From IMG/VR virus record IMGVR_UViG_3300011128_000204, positions 1-50,135 of that record: 50,135 nucleotides of DNA. One strand, 5' to 3'. The notes below the pieces were generated by a model. It saw only the letters and a list, made by a program, of their open reading frames with translations, made no database searches and had not been told where the DNA came from. How positions within the stretch are numbered: position 1 is the first letter of the stretch; each line of letters opens with the position of its first letter. A program made the translations under genes and the position numbers. Shown piece by piece: positions 26,798 through 35,848 of this stretch. The stretch comes from a virus. Lineage: Duplodnaviria; Caudoviricetes.

Positions 26798-27118
26798 TTA
26801 TTGATTAAGACCTAGTGATTGATGGCGCAAGAACATCGCGGCTTCATCATCATGGGCACCATATAGCGCCTCCCATTCTGGCGTGGCCTCTACCAGATAC
26901 CCATGCTGCAAAACATCGCGAGCATATGTATCTCCCATTTCAAAACTGCCGCCATGCATCAATGGTGAAGTAGCAGCGACAAACCAGCGAGAATAATCGT
27001 GCTCGTTTTCTTTATGCTTGTACGTTTTTAGTACGCGCCATTCCCAGCCATTGGTGCTTTTATATATTGCATATGGCTTATCTTGCGTTGTAGTTTTTCC
27101 GAATGTTGTTCTAGGCAT
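26798..27118 (-). CDS. Hypothetical early protein
   Basis: PYAIY...WEWRVLKTY...RWFVAATSP...E.GDTY; AGGAG RBS. Confidence 0.8.
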   Translation of the reverse strand: MPRTTFGKTTTQDKPYAIYKSTNGWEWRVLKTYKHKENEHDYSRWFVAATSPLMHGGSFEMGDTYARDVLQHGYLVEATPEWEALYGAHDDEAAMFLRHQSLGLNQ

Positions 27119-27203
27119 GTTAATGCTCCTATTGTTTAAGTAATGATATCAATCGATATCGCAATACCCGCCGCCAATGTGACGGGTATTACGCTATGGA
27201 TTA

Positions 27204-27413
27204 TTAGCACGCAGTCATTTGAATCAGCGTTGTGCCTTCACCTTTAGCGTATGCGGTAACAATCTCGACTGCTTCTTCCCATGAATTCGCACCATCCGCA
27301 AAAAATCCATCTAAGTACTCGTTGTCGAATATGCATTCCGCATTGGTATCTTCGTGCCATTCGCCATAACACTCTACTTCCTGATCGTTTTTTATAATTA
27401 TTTGCTTATCCAT
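27204..27413 (-). CDS. Hypothetical acidic early protein
   Basis: 69 aa with leader motif. Confidence 0.7.
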   Translation of the reverse strand: MDKQIIIKNDQEVECYGEWHEDTNAECIFDNEYLDGFFADGANSWEEAVEIVTAYAKGEGTTLIQMTAC

Positions 27414-27460
27414 TGTTCTATTTCCTTTTGGTTTAGTTCGGGCCTTTCGGCCCGTTTGGT

Positions 27461-27724
27461 TTAGATTGCCGTGATTTTTACAGTCGTTCGGGTATGAGCC
27501 TTAACGTCTGACATGGCGACTGACCATGCTACTGTTTCATTGTCGATCTTAAACTTGCCAGAATCGCGTCCCGTGTTTGCGCTTACTTTCTTGGCGCGCT
27601 CTTTTGCTGGCGTTAACTTTTGCGCTATCGCCTTCTCAATTGTCGCCAATTGCTTTGCGCGTTTCGTTTGAGATATCTCAAACTTCAAAAGCTTTTGCTG
27701 TGCGAATAACTCTTTTAATTCCAT
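27461..27724 (-). CDS. Hypothetical basic early protein
   Basis: 87 aa with leader motif. Confidence 0.7.
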   Translation of the reverse strand: MELKELFAQQKLLKFEISQTKRAKQLATIEKAIAQKLTPAKERAKKVSANTGRDSGKFKIDNETVAWSVAMSDVKAHTRTTVKITAI

Positions 27725-27770
27725 TGTTCGATCCCTTTGGTTTAGTGTGGGGCCTTTCGGCCCCGTTTGA

Positions 27771-27986
27771 TTATAGTTCGGTGTTGAGATCTTCAGTCTC
27801 AGCCATTTGAATTAGAACCTCGCGCAATGTTTTGTCTCCGACCATGGAGTTAAATGCAGCGCGTCCATTCAAATCCAATTGGCAATATGCAGAGTGCAAT
27901 GCCACCATTGCTACTTTTAGGCTGGCTGTTCTGCTATCGGCAATGCCGTATTGAATCAGTAGTTCGCGGTATCTTATTCTATCCAT
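27771..27986 (-). CDS. Hypothetical early protein (first gene of the early operon)
   Basis: Start set at the ATG after the CTAAACAAAAGGA leader. Confidence 0.7.
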   Translation of the reverse strand: MDRIRYRELLIQYGIADSRTASLKVAMVALHSAYCQLDLNGRAAFNSMVGDKTLREVLIQMAETEDLNTEL

Positions 27987-28043
27987 CTTACTATTCCTTT
28001 TGTTTAGTGTTTTGCTATGCCGTTTCGCCATAACATGGATGTT

Positions 28044-28120
28044 ATGTTAGCAGGTTGACCGATCATTGCAATAACGTTTCACGAATAATTGTAATCTTTT
28101 TTATCTTTTTTTCTTTTTTT
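28044..28120 (-). promoter_or_regulatory. Putative strong early sigma70 promoter with UP-like A-tracts
   Basis: TTGCAA-16 bp-TAACAT with extended -10 TG; A-tracts upstream. Confidence 0.55.
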
Positions 28121-28360
28121 GCCGCAATCGTCTGCCTGATTAACCTCTGGCGACCACTGCATTGCAGCCTCGATAGGGTAGGGTAGTCGCCCGCACAGCT
28201 TCGCAGGCGCGACAGCCTGCGCTGCGGACTAGGTACCCTAGGACGCAGACCCAAAAAAAGAGTCCGCGATTTATCGCACCCTCACCCCCCTAATGTAGGC
28301 AACTGTATAGTCTTAGTGTATATATAACGTTCGCCACCCATAATTATATGAAAATTACAA

Positions 28361-29824
28361 ATGACTAACTTGAGCCACTTGTCTGAGGGCGAGATGAAGG
28401 AGATCCTAATGTTGCAAGAGCGTTTATCGCTTTTGGAAACGCAGGACAAGTCCAAGGACTCTTTTATGGAGTACATCCGGTACATTTGGCCTGGGTTCAT
28501 TGAGGGTGATCACCACCGTATTATTGCTGATGCGTTGACCCGTGTTGCTAAGGGTGAGTTAAAGCGGTTGATTGTGAACATGCCGCCCCGTCATACGAAG
28601 TCTGAGTTCGCTTCTATTTACTTTCCTTCATGGGTCATGGGTTTGAAGCCTGACATGAAGATCATGCAGACCACCCACACGGCTGACTTGTCTATTAACT
28701 TTGGCCGCAAGGTCAGAAATTTAATGGATTCTGACGAGTATGCAAAATTATTCTCGAATGTGTCTTTGGCCAGTGACTCAAAATCTGCGGGAAAGTGGCA
28801 AACGAATAAGGGGGGGGAATATTTCGCTGCTGGTGTAGGAGGCGCGATTGCGGGTCGCGGTGCTGACTTGTTGATCATTGACGATCCGCACTCTGAGCAG
28901 GACGCAATGTCTATTAATCTGCTTGATTCTTGTTATGAGTGGTATACGTCTGGTCCCCGCCAGCGTTTACAGCCTAATGGTGCGATTGTAATTGTGATGA
29001 CTAGGTGGAGCACGGCAGACTTGACGGGTCGGTTGTTGAGTCGGCAGGTTGAGAGTCGCTCTGACCAGTGGGAGGTCATTGAGTTACCGGCTATTTTTGA
29101 GGATTCTGGCAACGTACTGTGGCCTGAGTTCTGGAAGGAGGAGGAGCTTCTTTCTGTTAAGGCATCTATTCCTGTAGCTAAGTGGAACGCTCAGTACCAG
29201 CAGAACCCTACGTCTGAGGAGGGTGCGATCATTAAGCGCGACTGGTGGCAGTTGTGGGATAAGGATGACCCGCCGCCTTGTTCGTACATTATTCAGTCTT
29301 ATGATACTGCCTTCAGTAAGAAAGAAACCGCCGACTATTCGGCCATTACTACTTGGGGTGTATTTAAGCCGAAGGAGGGCATGGGTGATGCTTTGATCCT
29401 GTTGGACGCGATTAAGGGTAGGTGGGACTTCCCTGAGTTAAAGGCGGTTGCACAGGAGCAGTATGCTGAGTATGAGCCTGATATGGTTTTGATTGAGGCG
29501 CAGGCGAGTGGTACGCCGCTTACGCATGAGCTTCGTGCTATGGGAATCCCTGTGGTGAACTATCGGCCATCTAGGGGTAACGACAAGATGACGCGGGTTC
29601 ACTCTGTGAGTCCTGTGTTTGAGGCGGGGATGGTGTATGCGCCTGATCAGGGATTTGCTGATGAGGTGATTGAGGAGTGCGCTGCATTTCCGTTTGCACA
29701 GAACGATGACTATGTGGATACTACGACACAGGCCATATTAAGATTTAGGCAGGGTAACTTTATTAATCTTTATTCTGACGAGGAAGAAGAGGAAGTTTAC
29801 CGACAACAGATATCATATTATTAA
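28361..29824 (+). CDS. terL: Terminase large subunit
   Basis: NMPPRHTKS Walker A, LIIDDP Walker B, VMTRW, QSYDTA, DDYVD nuclease motifs. Confidence 0.96.
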   Translation: MTNLSHLSEGEMKEILMLQERLSLLETQDKSKDSFMEYIRYIWPGFIEGDHHRIIADALTRVAKGELKRLIVNMPPRHTKSEFASIYFPSWVMGLKPDMKIMQTTHTADLSINFGRKVRNLMDSDEYAKLFSNVSLASDSKSAGKWQTNKGGEYFAAGVGGAIAGRGADLLIIDDPHSEQDAMSINLLDSCYEWYTSGPRQRLQPNGAIVIVMTRWSTADLTGRLLSRQVESRSDQWEVIELPAIFEDSGNVLWPEFWKEEELLSVKASIPVAKWNAQYQQNPTSEEGAIIKRDWWQLWDKDDPPPCSYIIQSYDTAFSKKETADYSAITTWGVFKPKEGMGDALILLDAIKGRWDFPELKAVAQEQYAEYEPDMVLIEAQASGTPLTHELRAMGIPVVNYRPSRGNDKMTRVHSVSPVFEAGMVYAPDQGFADEVIEECAAFPFAQNDDYVDTTTQAILRFRQGNFINLYSDEEEEEVYRQQISYY

Positions 29825-29869
29825 TCAGCGCCGTTCACTGATCAGTCTGGCGTAAAGGAGATCTCCCCC

Positions 29870-31303
29870 ATGGCAACTCAAACCGAACGTGACAATGCTA
29901 GAGCCAGAGCTAAAGCTAAAGAGGCTAATAAGCGAAACGAAGAATTTGACAGAAGAGCGCGCAGGCGCGGCGTTCAAGAGAGAACAATAAGGTCGCTTCA
30001 GGATAAGGGCAAGCTTGCCACGTTGTTTGACAGAGCCTCCACCAGCCCTTCTGAGCGAGAGGCTAGAGAGGATAAGCGGGTTTCTGATCTTAAGACGGGT
30101 CGTACTCGCGCTGGCGAAAGGATCTTAGCTGAACGTGGTAAGAAGCGTGATGCTGAGACTAAGGCGCGTGTGGCTAGGGCGGCTCAAGCTGATATTGATA
30201 GAAGATCTGCTGCATCTGGGGCAAGGCTTGAGGCCAAGATGAAAAAAGACGCAGAGAATGCGCGTAAATTAAAGGAAGCAAAGAAGACCCAGAAGGTTGT
30301 TGCTGACTTTACTGGTGAGTCTGGTAAGCGTGCAAGACTTTCTGATGCGAAAAGAAGGGCTGATGCCAACAAGACAATTACCATGTCTCCAGAGGATTTC
30401 GCTAAGGTTCCTTCTGTTCCTCCCGCGAAGAAAAAGCCGGTCACCAAGAGAATGACTGAGGCTGAAGTTAGGGCTATGAAGAGCAGTCCTTTAAACACTA
30501 AGAAGAAGGCCAAGTCTCAAGGCGGCACTGCTCCAGGGATCATGACAAAAAACGCTGGTGTAAAGCCTAAAGCTGCAGCCAAGCCTGCTGCTAAAGCCGA
30601 TTCTAAAAGCACCACCAAGACTTGGAGGGACGTTAAGTCTGTAGCTGCTGCTAAAGCTGCTGGTCTTAAGAATTACACTGGCAGAGATGGCAAGAAGAAA
30701 GCTGCTATTGATGCATCTGAGATTAAGAAGGGCGAGTCTATGACTCAGGCTTTTAATCGCATTCAGGGCAAAACTGCTCGTAAGCCTTCATCCAAAACCA
30801 CCAAGTCCACTACCAACACCACCACCACCACCAAGACACCCAAGAAGGTCGGCGGCATTCGCAGGTTCTTGCTAGGTGATGATGGTAAGTTTGGCGGCGC
30901 TCGTGGCGCGATTGATTTCTTGCCTGGTAAGTCTCGCAAGAAGAAAGAAGACAAGCCTGTCAAGAAGAACATGGGCGGTATGATGAAATCCAAGATGTCA
31001 TCCAAGGGTGGCGCACGCGGTGGACGTAATCCTATGGGCATGAAGAATGGTGGTTTCCCTGACCTAAACAAGGATGGCAAGGTCACACAGGCTGATATTC
31101 TGCAGGGTCGAGGAGTCGTCAAGAAGAAAGCTGGCGGTATGGCCAAGAAGGGTTACGCTAAGGGCGGCATGACCAAAAAGGGATATGCAAATGGTGGTGC
31201 TGTACGATCCAAGATGGCATCCAAGGGTGGTGCATCACGCAAACCCACTAAGCCTCGTGGTGTAGGTGTAGCGAAGCGTGGCTACGGCAAGGCGATGCGA
31301 TAA
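29870..31303 (+). CDS. Very basic Lys/Ala-rich protein with EF-hand-like loop and repeated xxGG tags
   Basis: AAGGAG RBS; PDLNKDGKVTQAD; seven GG motifs in the C-terminal ~115 aa. Confidence 0.8.
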   Translation: MATQTERDNARARAKAKEANKRNEEFDRRARRRGVQERTIRSLQDKGKLATLFDRASTSPSEREAREDKRVSDLKTGRTRAGERILAERGKKRDAETKARVARAAQADIDRRSAASGARLEAKMKKDAENARKLKEAKKTQKVVADFTGESGKRARLSDAKRRADANKTITMSPEDFAKVPSVPPAKKKPVTKRMTEAEVRAMKSSPLNTKKKAKSQGGTAPGIMTKNAGVKPKAAAKPAAKADSKSTTKTWRDVKSVAAAKAAGLKNYTGRDGKKKAAIDASEIKKGESMTQAFNRIQGKTARKPSSKTTKSTTNTTTTTKTPKKVGGIRRFLLGDDGKFGGARGAIDFLPGKSRKKKEDKPVKKNMGGMMKSKMSSKGGARGGRNPMGMKNGGFPDLNKDGKVTQADILQGRGVVKKKAGGMAKKGYAKGGMTKKGYANGGAVRSKMASKGGASRKPTKPRGVGVAKRGYGKAMR

Positions 31304-31758
31304 TGCCTGCTCCTCTTGCGCTTTTCCCTATAATCACGTTTATCGCCAAGAAAGGTGTTGAGGCTGCGGTCAAGAAGTACGGCAAGACTGCGGTTAAGAA
31401 GGCGCAAGATGCGTCTAAGAACCAGCCTACGCCCAAGTACATGAAGGATCAGAAGGGTCCGTCTATTGCTGAAAAAGAGAAGGCTGCTACTGTTGCACGC
31501 AAAACTCGCAACCGTGTTGGCGCTGGCACAGTGGCTGTTGGTGCTGGTCTTTACGGTATTGACAAACTTGCACGGGCTGCTGGTAACTATGAGCGTGAAA
31601 GGCAGAAGACTAATAAGGCTAATAGTGAAAAACCTGTCAATAAATCTAATGGCGGTATGCTAAACTCCCCCGCCGCTGTTAAACGCCGCTCTGGTGCTGC
31701 AGTAAAGGGTTTTAATAAAGGTGGTATGGCCACAAAATGGGAATCTAAGTGGGGATAG
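31303..31758 (+). CDS. Basic hypothetical protein with GG tags
   Basis: TAATG coupling; KSNGGML and FNKGGMA. Confidence 0.75.
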   Translation: MPAPLALFPIITFIAKKGVEAAVKKYGKTAVKKAQDASKNQPTPKYMKDQKGPSIAEKEKAATVARKTRNRVGAGTVAVGAGLYGIDKLARAAGNYERERQKTNKANSEKPVNKSNGGMLNSPAAVKRRSGAAVKGFNKGGMATKWESKWG

Positions 31759-32588
31759 AAGACTTACTAGACGATATCTCTGCCGAAGAAGCCCGTGCCG
31801 CATCTGAGGCTATGGCTGATATTGAGTTTGATAATGAAATTCAAACTCGCCTGCCTGAAGATCTTCGTTATGGCGGTCTTTACGGTCTAATTCCTTATCT
31901 TGGCATGCAAGGCCAAGGTGATCAGGAAGGGTCACAAGGTCGCCGTGCCGTTATCAAACCCAAAGGTATGCCGCGCCGTGGCGAGAAACAAAAGATATCA
32001 ACAACTGCTGGTTCGTATTATTTGCCATACGCAGATGCTGATAGCATTGCTAATAGTATAGATCAATACATGGGTCTTGATTTCTATCAAGGCTCTTACC
32101 CCCAACCTGATGAGATTAGATACTTTCAAGGAGCATCACCAATATTAGAAGAGTTGGAGTTATTGGATGGATATTTTGGTTTAGATAATACGGCAACCAC
32201 CATCAATCATGAACTTTTTCATAGAGGCCAAAATTTGCCTTTTTTGGAAGATATGCTTAAAGATATAAATGCAAAAATGAATCTCGCTGACCGCAACTCT
32301 TTTGAGGGTGGTCTTGAGTACAACAAACTAGAAGACGAAGAATTTAGGCTCAACGATCTTATTAATTTGGCTAGAGGCCACTACTACTTGGATGCTTTGG
32401 ATGAAAGGCGACCAGAACTTGACCGAAGACGTTTAATGGAGCTTGAGACTCTACAGGATGACATTAAAAATTATTTAACACCAGAGAAGCAAGAAGAATT
32501 AGGTGTTAGACTCCCCACTCCTGCAGCAAAGCCAAGAACTCCAGGGTTGATGGAAAGGCTTGAGGATTACGCAAAGGACATTTTTTAA
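31749..32588 (+). CDS. Acidic protein with HExxH (possible zinc metallopeptidase)
   Basis: TINHELFHRG; GTG start overlapping the upstream gene. Confidence 0.6.
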   Translation: MGIEDLLDDISAEEARAASEAMADIEFDNEIQTRLPEDLRYGGLYGLIPYLGMQGQGDQEGSQGRRAVIKPKGMPRRGEKQKISTTAGSYYLPYADADSIANSIDQYMGLDFYQGSYPQPDEIRYFQGASPILEELELLDGYFGLDNTATTINHELFHRGQNLPFLEDMLKDINAKMNLADRNSFEGGLEYNKLEDEEFRLNDLINLARGHYYLDALDERRPELDRRRLMELETLQDDIKNYLTPEKQEELGVRLPTPAAKPRTPGLMERLEDYAKDIF

Positions 32589-32600
32589 AAGGAAAAGCAA

Positions 32601-33278
32601 ATGCCTTACCTTCAAAGCAACATCCCACACTTTAAGTGTTGGATAAGAAGGGAATACACAACCAATCACGAGCGATACCATGGAGAGTTTCTACACGCCA
32701 TGGTCATTGCTGTCACTACAATGCCTACCAGGTGTCTGAGTTTTCAGGTTATCTTCACTGGGTGTGAATCGGATGACGATGAGAACGAACCAAATATCCA
32801 CGGCGGTGCAATGTGGGCGAGAATGCCTATCACCGCTCTTGTTGGCGACACGCCGTTTGAGGAATGGCCAGAGCCTATGGCGGTACATGATGCCCAGCCT
32901 TGGGATTGTTCTTCTCGCACTCACTCCGTTTATGTTCTAGATCGAGCAACGCCATGTCCATGGCTGGCGAAGATTGATGGTAATTTTTACCCCGCCAAGT
33001 ATATGTTCACGGTAGATTATACTGACAATGAGATAGCAGATGATCCTGCACAGCACAAGCAGTCGCATGTGATGGAGTTACTTGATGCTGGCGAGTGGAC
33101 TGGAAATATAGTAGCGTTGCCAAATAACAGGGTAAGGGTTACACATCCAGCTTGGTTTGAGACAGGAGAGGGCGCACCTGACTTTAAGCCATCTCAGCAT
33201 GTTCATTACAGCAAGTCTGATTTAGATTACACTTTGGATGTTAATCGCATATTTAATAATCTGTACGCAGAAGAGTAA
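32601..33278 (+). CDS. Hypothetical phage protein upstream of portal
   Basis: 225 aa globular ORF, AAGGA RBS; GGAMWARMPITAL, QPWDC, HKQSH, PNNR. Confidence 0.85.
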   Translation: MPYLQSNIPHFKCWIRREYTTNHERYHGEFLHAMVIAVTTMPTRCLSFQVIFTGCESDDDENEPNIHGGAMWARMPITALVGDTPFEEWPEPMAVHDAQPWDCSSRTHSVYVLDRATPCPWLAKIDGNFYPAKYMFTVDYTDNEIADDPAQHKQSHVMELLDAGEWTGNIVALPNNRVRVTHPAWFETGEGAPDFKPSQHVHYSKSDLDYTLDVNRIFNNLYAEE

Positions 33279-33281
33279 GTT

Positions 33282-35837
33282 ATGGCAATTGAACGTGGCG
33301 TAGATGACATAGACATCGATGAGTTGGATATTGAAGACAACTCAAAAGAAATCCTTATATCAGATGAGTCTGAAGATGATTTAATCCCATCACTGTTTGA
33401 CGGCATAGAGGATGGCGATGAGTCAATTCTAGAAGACGGCACTATGGTCTTTGGCGAAGGCGATCTTGGTGAAGATATGCCGCTTCCATTTACTGCAAAC
33501 CTTGCTGATGAACTTGATAAGCAGGAGCTTGGAGAAATCTACAGCGACTGTATGAGCGCAATTGAGGACGATAAGTCTTCTCGTAAAGAGTGGATGGACC
33601 AGTACACTGAGGGATTGAAGTTCCTTGGCATGAAGTTTGAGAACCGTACTGAGCCATTTGATGGCGCTTCTGGTGTTGTACACCCCCTTCTTGCTGAGTC
33701 TGTCACACAGTTCCAAGCCCAAGCTTACAAAGAGATGTTACCGTCTGGCGGTCCCGTTAAGACCATGGTTATTGGTATGGGTACGCCGCAGACTGATCTA
33801 CAGGCTGCTCGTGTGCAAGAGTACATGAACTACATGATCACTCAGGAGATGAAGGAATACGATCCTGAGACTGACCAGATGCTTTTCTATTTACCCTTGT
33901 CTGGTAGTGCGTTCCGCAAAGTACACTTTGACCCTGCGCTAGGCCGTCCTGTCTCGCGCTTTATCCCATCTGAGAAGTTGATTGTGCCTTATGGTACAAC
34001 CAGTTTAGACAGCGCAGTTCGTATCACGCATGTAATTGACATGTCGATGAACGATGTACGCAAGCTTCAAGAGTCTGGCTTTTACAGAAAGACTAATAAG
34101 GGCATGAGCGATGACAGTGGCTCATATGGTTCTTCAGATGAAGTAGAGGAAGAGATTGATGAGTTACAGGGCGTTAAGCCTTCTGGCAGTTCAAGCGACT
34201 ACGAGTGTGAGTTGTTTGAAATGCACGTTGAGATGGACATCGCAGGTTATGAAGACCTGAATGCTCAAGGTGAAGAGACAGGCATTAAGCTTCCTTACAT
34301 CGTCACTCTTTCGCCTAAGCACTCTACGATTCTTTCTATTCGTAGGAATTATGCACAAGCCGATATGATGCGTAAGCGCATCGATTACTTTGTGCATTAC
34401 AAGTTTTTACCAGGTGTAGGTTTCTACGGCTTTGGTTTGACCCATATGATTGGTGGGTTGTCACAAGCTTCTACTTCTATTCTGCGTCAGTTAATCGATG
34501 CAGGCACGCTGGCTAACTTACCTGCAGGATTTAAGGCCAGAGGCATACGGATTCGTGATAACGATGTACCGTTACAGCCTGGTGAGTTTAGAGACATGGA
34601 TGCACCTGGCGGGTCACTGCGTGATGCGTTGATGCCATTGCCGTTCAAAGAGCCAAGCCAGACGCTACTACAGCTACTGGGTATGTTGGTTGAGGCTGGT
34701 CGCAGGTTTGCTTCTGTTGGTGATATGCAGGTTGGTGATGGTAACCAACAAGCGCCGGTAGGCACCACGATTGCTCTTCTTGAGAAGGGTAGCCGTGTTA
34801 TGAGTTCTATTCACAAGCGCATGCACTACAGCCAGCGAATTGAGTTTAACTTGTTGGCGCAGGTCATCAAAAACTCTCCTGTCAAAGCCTACCCATACAT
34901 GATTGCCAGTGGGCAACAACAGTTGATGGCACAGGACTTTGATGATCGTATTGATATCATTCCTGTATCTGATCCCAATATCTTCTCTATGAGCCAGCGC
35001 GTCATGCTTGCCCAAGAGATGATGCAGATGGTTCAGACAAACCCGCAAATACACGGCCCACAGGGTATGTATGAGGCGTATCGCCGTATGTATGAGGCTA
35101 TGGGTGTACAGCAAATTGAACAGCTTTTACCACCTCCTCCGCAGCCACAACCTGTATCTGCAGCTATGGAGAACTCTGGTTTCTTGCAGGGACAGCCTGC
35201 ACAGGCGTTTGCCGATCAAGATCATGATGCACACATTAAGTCTCACTTGTTATTGCTTAAGTCGCCCATTGTTGCCATGGCTCCTCCTGGTCAGCAGCAA
35301 GCTTTAGCTATGATTCAAGCTCACATCTACCAGCACATTGACTTCAAGGCGCGTGAGATGGCACAGCAAGATCCTGAAGTAATGCAGATGCAGCAACAGA
35401 TTCAGCAGATTCAGCAACAGGCCCAGATTGACCCAATGATGCAGCAGCAAGTTCAAATGCAGGTACAGCAGATGCAGCAGCAGATGCAGGCGATTATGGA
35501 AGATAAGGTTGCTCAAACTACGGTTGAGTTGCTTAATGAGCTTGAAGAAGAATTGCAAATTGGTCAGGAAGAAGATCCTTTAGTTGATCTTCGTAGAGAA
35601 GAGCTTGGCTTGAAGGACAAGGACATTGACCGCAAGGCTCAAGAGGCCCAGCAGCGTATCAAGCTAGAGGGCGATAGGATTGATAATAATGTTGATTTGG
35701 GCCAAGATCGCTTGGCTCTGCAAGAGCAGACTGCCAATATGAAGGATGATGTTGCCAGAGAGCGTATTGATTTACAGCGTTCTGCACAGATGGCAAAGAC
35801 GGCAGAAAATATGGCCAAAAACTTCTTTGGCAATTAG
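33282..35837 (+). CDS. Portal protein (P22-like, with Gln-rich barrel region)
   Basis: 851 aa; HPLLAESVTQFQAQA, LPLSGSAFRKV, GFYGFGL, LRQLIDAGTL; long C-terminal coiled coil. Confidence 0.9.
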   Translation: MAIERGVDDIDIDELDIEDNSKEILISDESEDDLIPSLFDGIEDGDESILEDGTMVFGEGDLGEDMPLPFTANLADELDKQELGEIYSDCMSAIEDDKSSRKEWMDQYTEGLKFLGMKFENRTEPFDGASGVVHPLLAESVTQFQAQAYKEMLPSGGPVKTMVIGMGTPQTDLQAARVQEYMNYMITQEMKEYDPETDQMLFYLPLSGSAFRKVHFDPALGRPVSRFIPSEKLIVPYGTTSLDSAVRITHVIDMSMNDVRKLQESGFYRKTNKGMSDDSGSYGSSDEVEEEIDELQGVKPSGSSSDYECELFEMHVEMDIAGYEDLNAQGEETGIKLPYIVTLSPKHSTILSIRRNYAQADMMRKRIDYFVHYKFLPGVGFYGFGLTHMIGGLSQASTSILRQLIDAGTLANLPAGFKARGIRIRDNDVPLQPGEFRDMDAPGGSLRDALMPLPFKEPSQTLLQLLGMLVEAGRRFASVGDMQVGDGNQQAPVGTTIALLEKGSRVMSSIHKRMHYSQRIEFNLLAQVIKNSPVKAYPYMIASGQQQLMAQDFDDRIDIIPVSDPNIFSMSQRVMLAQEMMQMVQTNPQIHGPQGMYEAYRRMYEAMGVQQIEQLLPPPPQPQPVSAAMENSGFLQGQPAQAFADQDHDAHIKSHLLLLKSPIVAMAPPGQQQALAMIQAHIYQHIDFKAREMAQQDPEVMQMQQQIQQIQQQAQIDPMMQQQVQMQVQQMQQQMQAIMEDKVAQTTVELLNELEEELQIGQEEDPLVDLRREELGLKDKDIDRKAQEAQQRIKLEGDRIDNNVDLGQDRLALQEQTANMKDDVARERIDLQRSAQMAKTAENMAKNFFGN

Positions 35838-35848
35838 GAGAAACACTT

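Noticed and set aside
28076-28083. Second parS site (GTTTCACG)
   Set aside because: Half-site only; expected by chance
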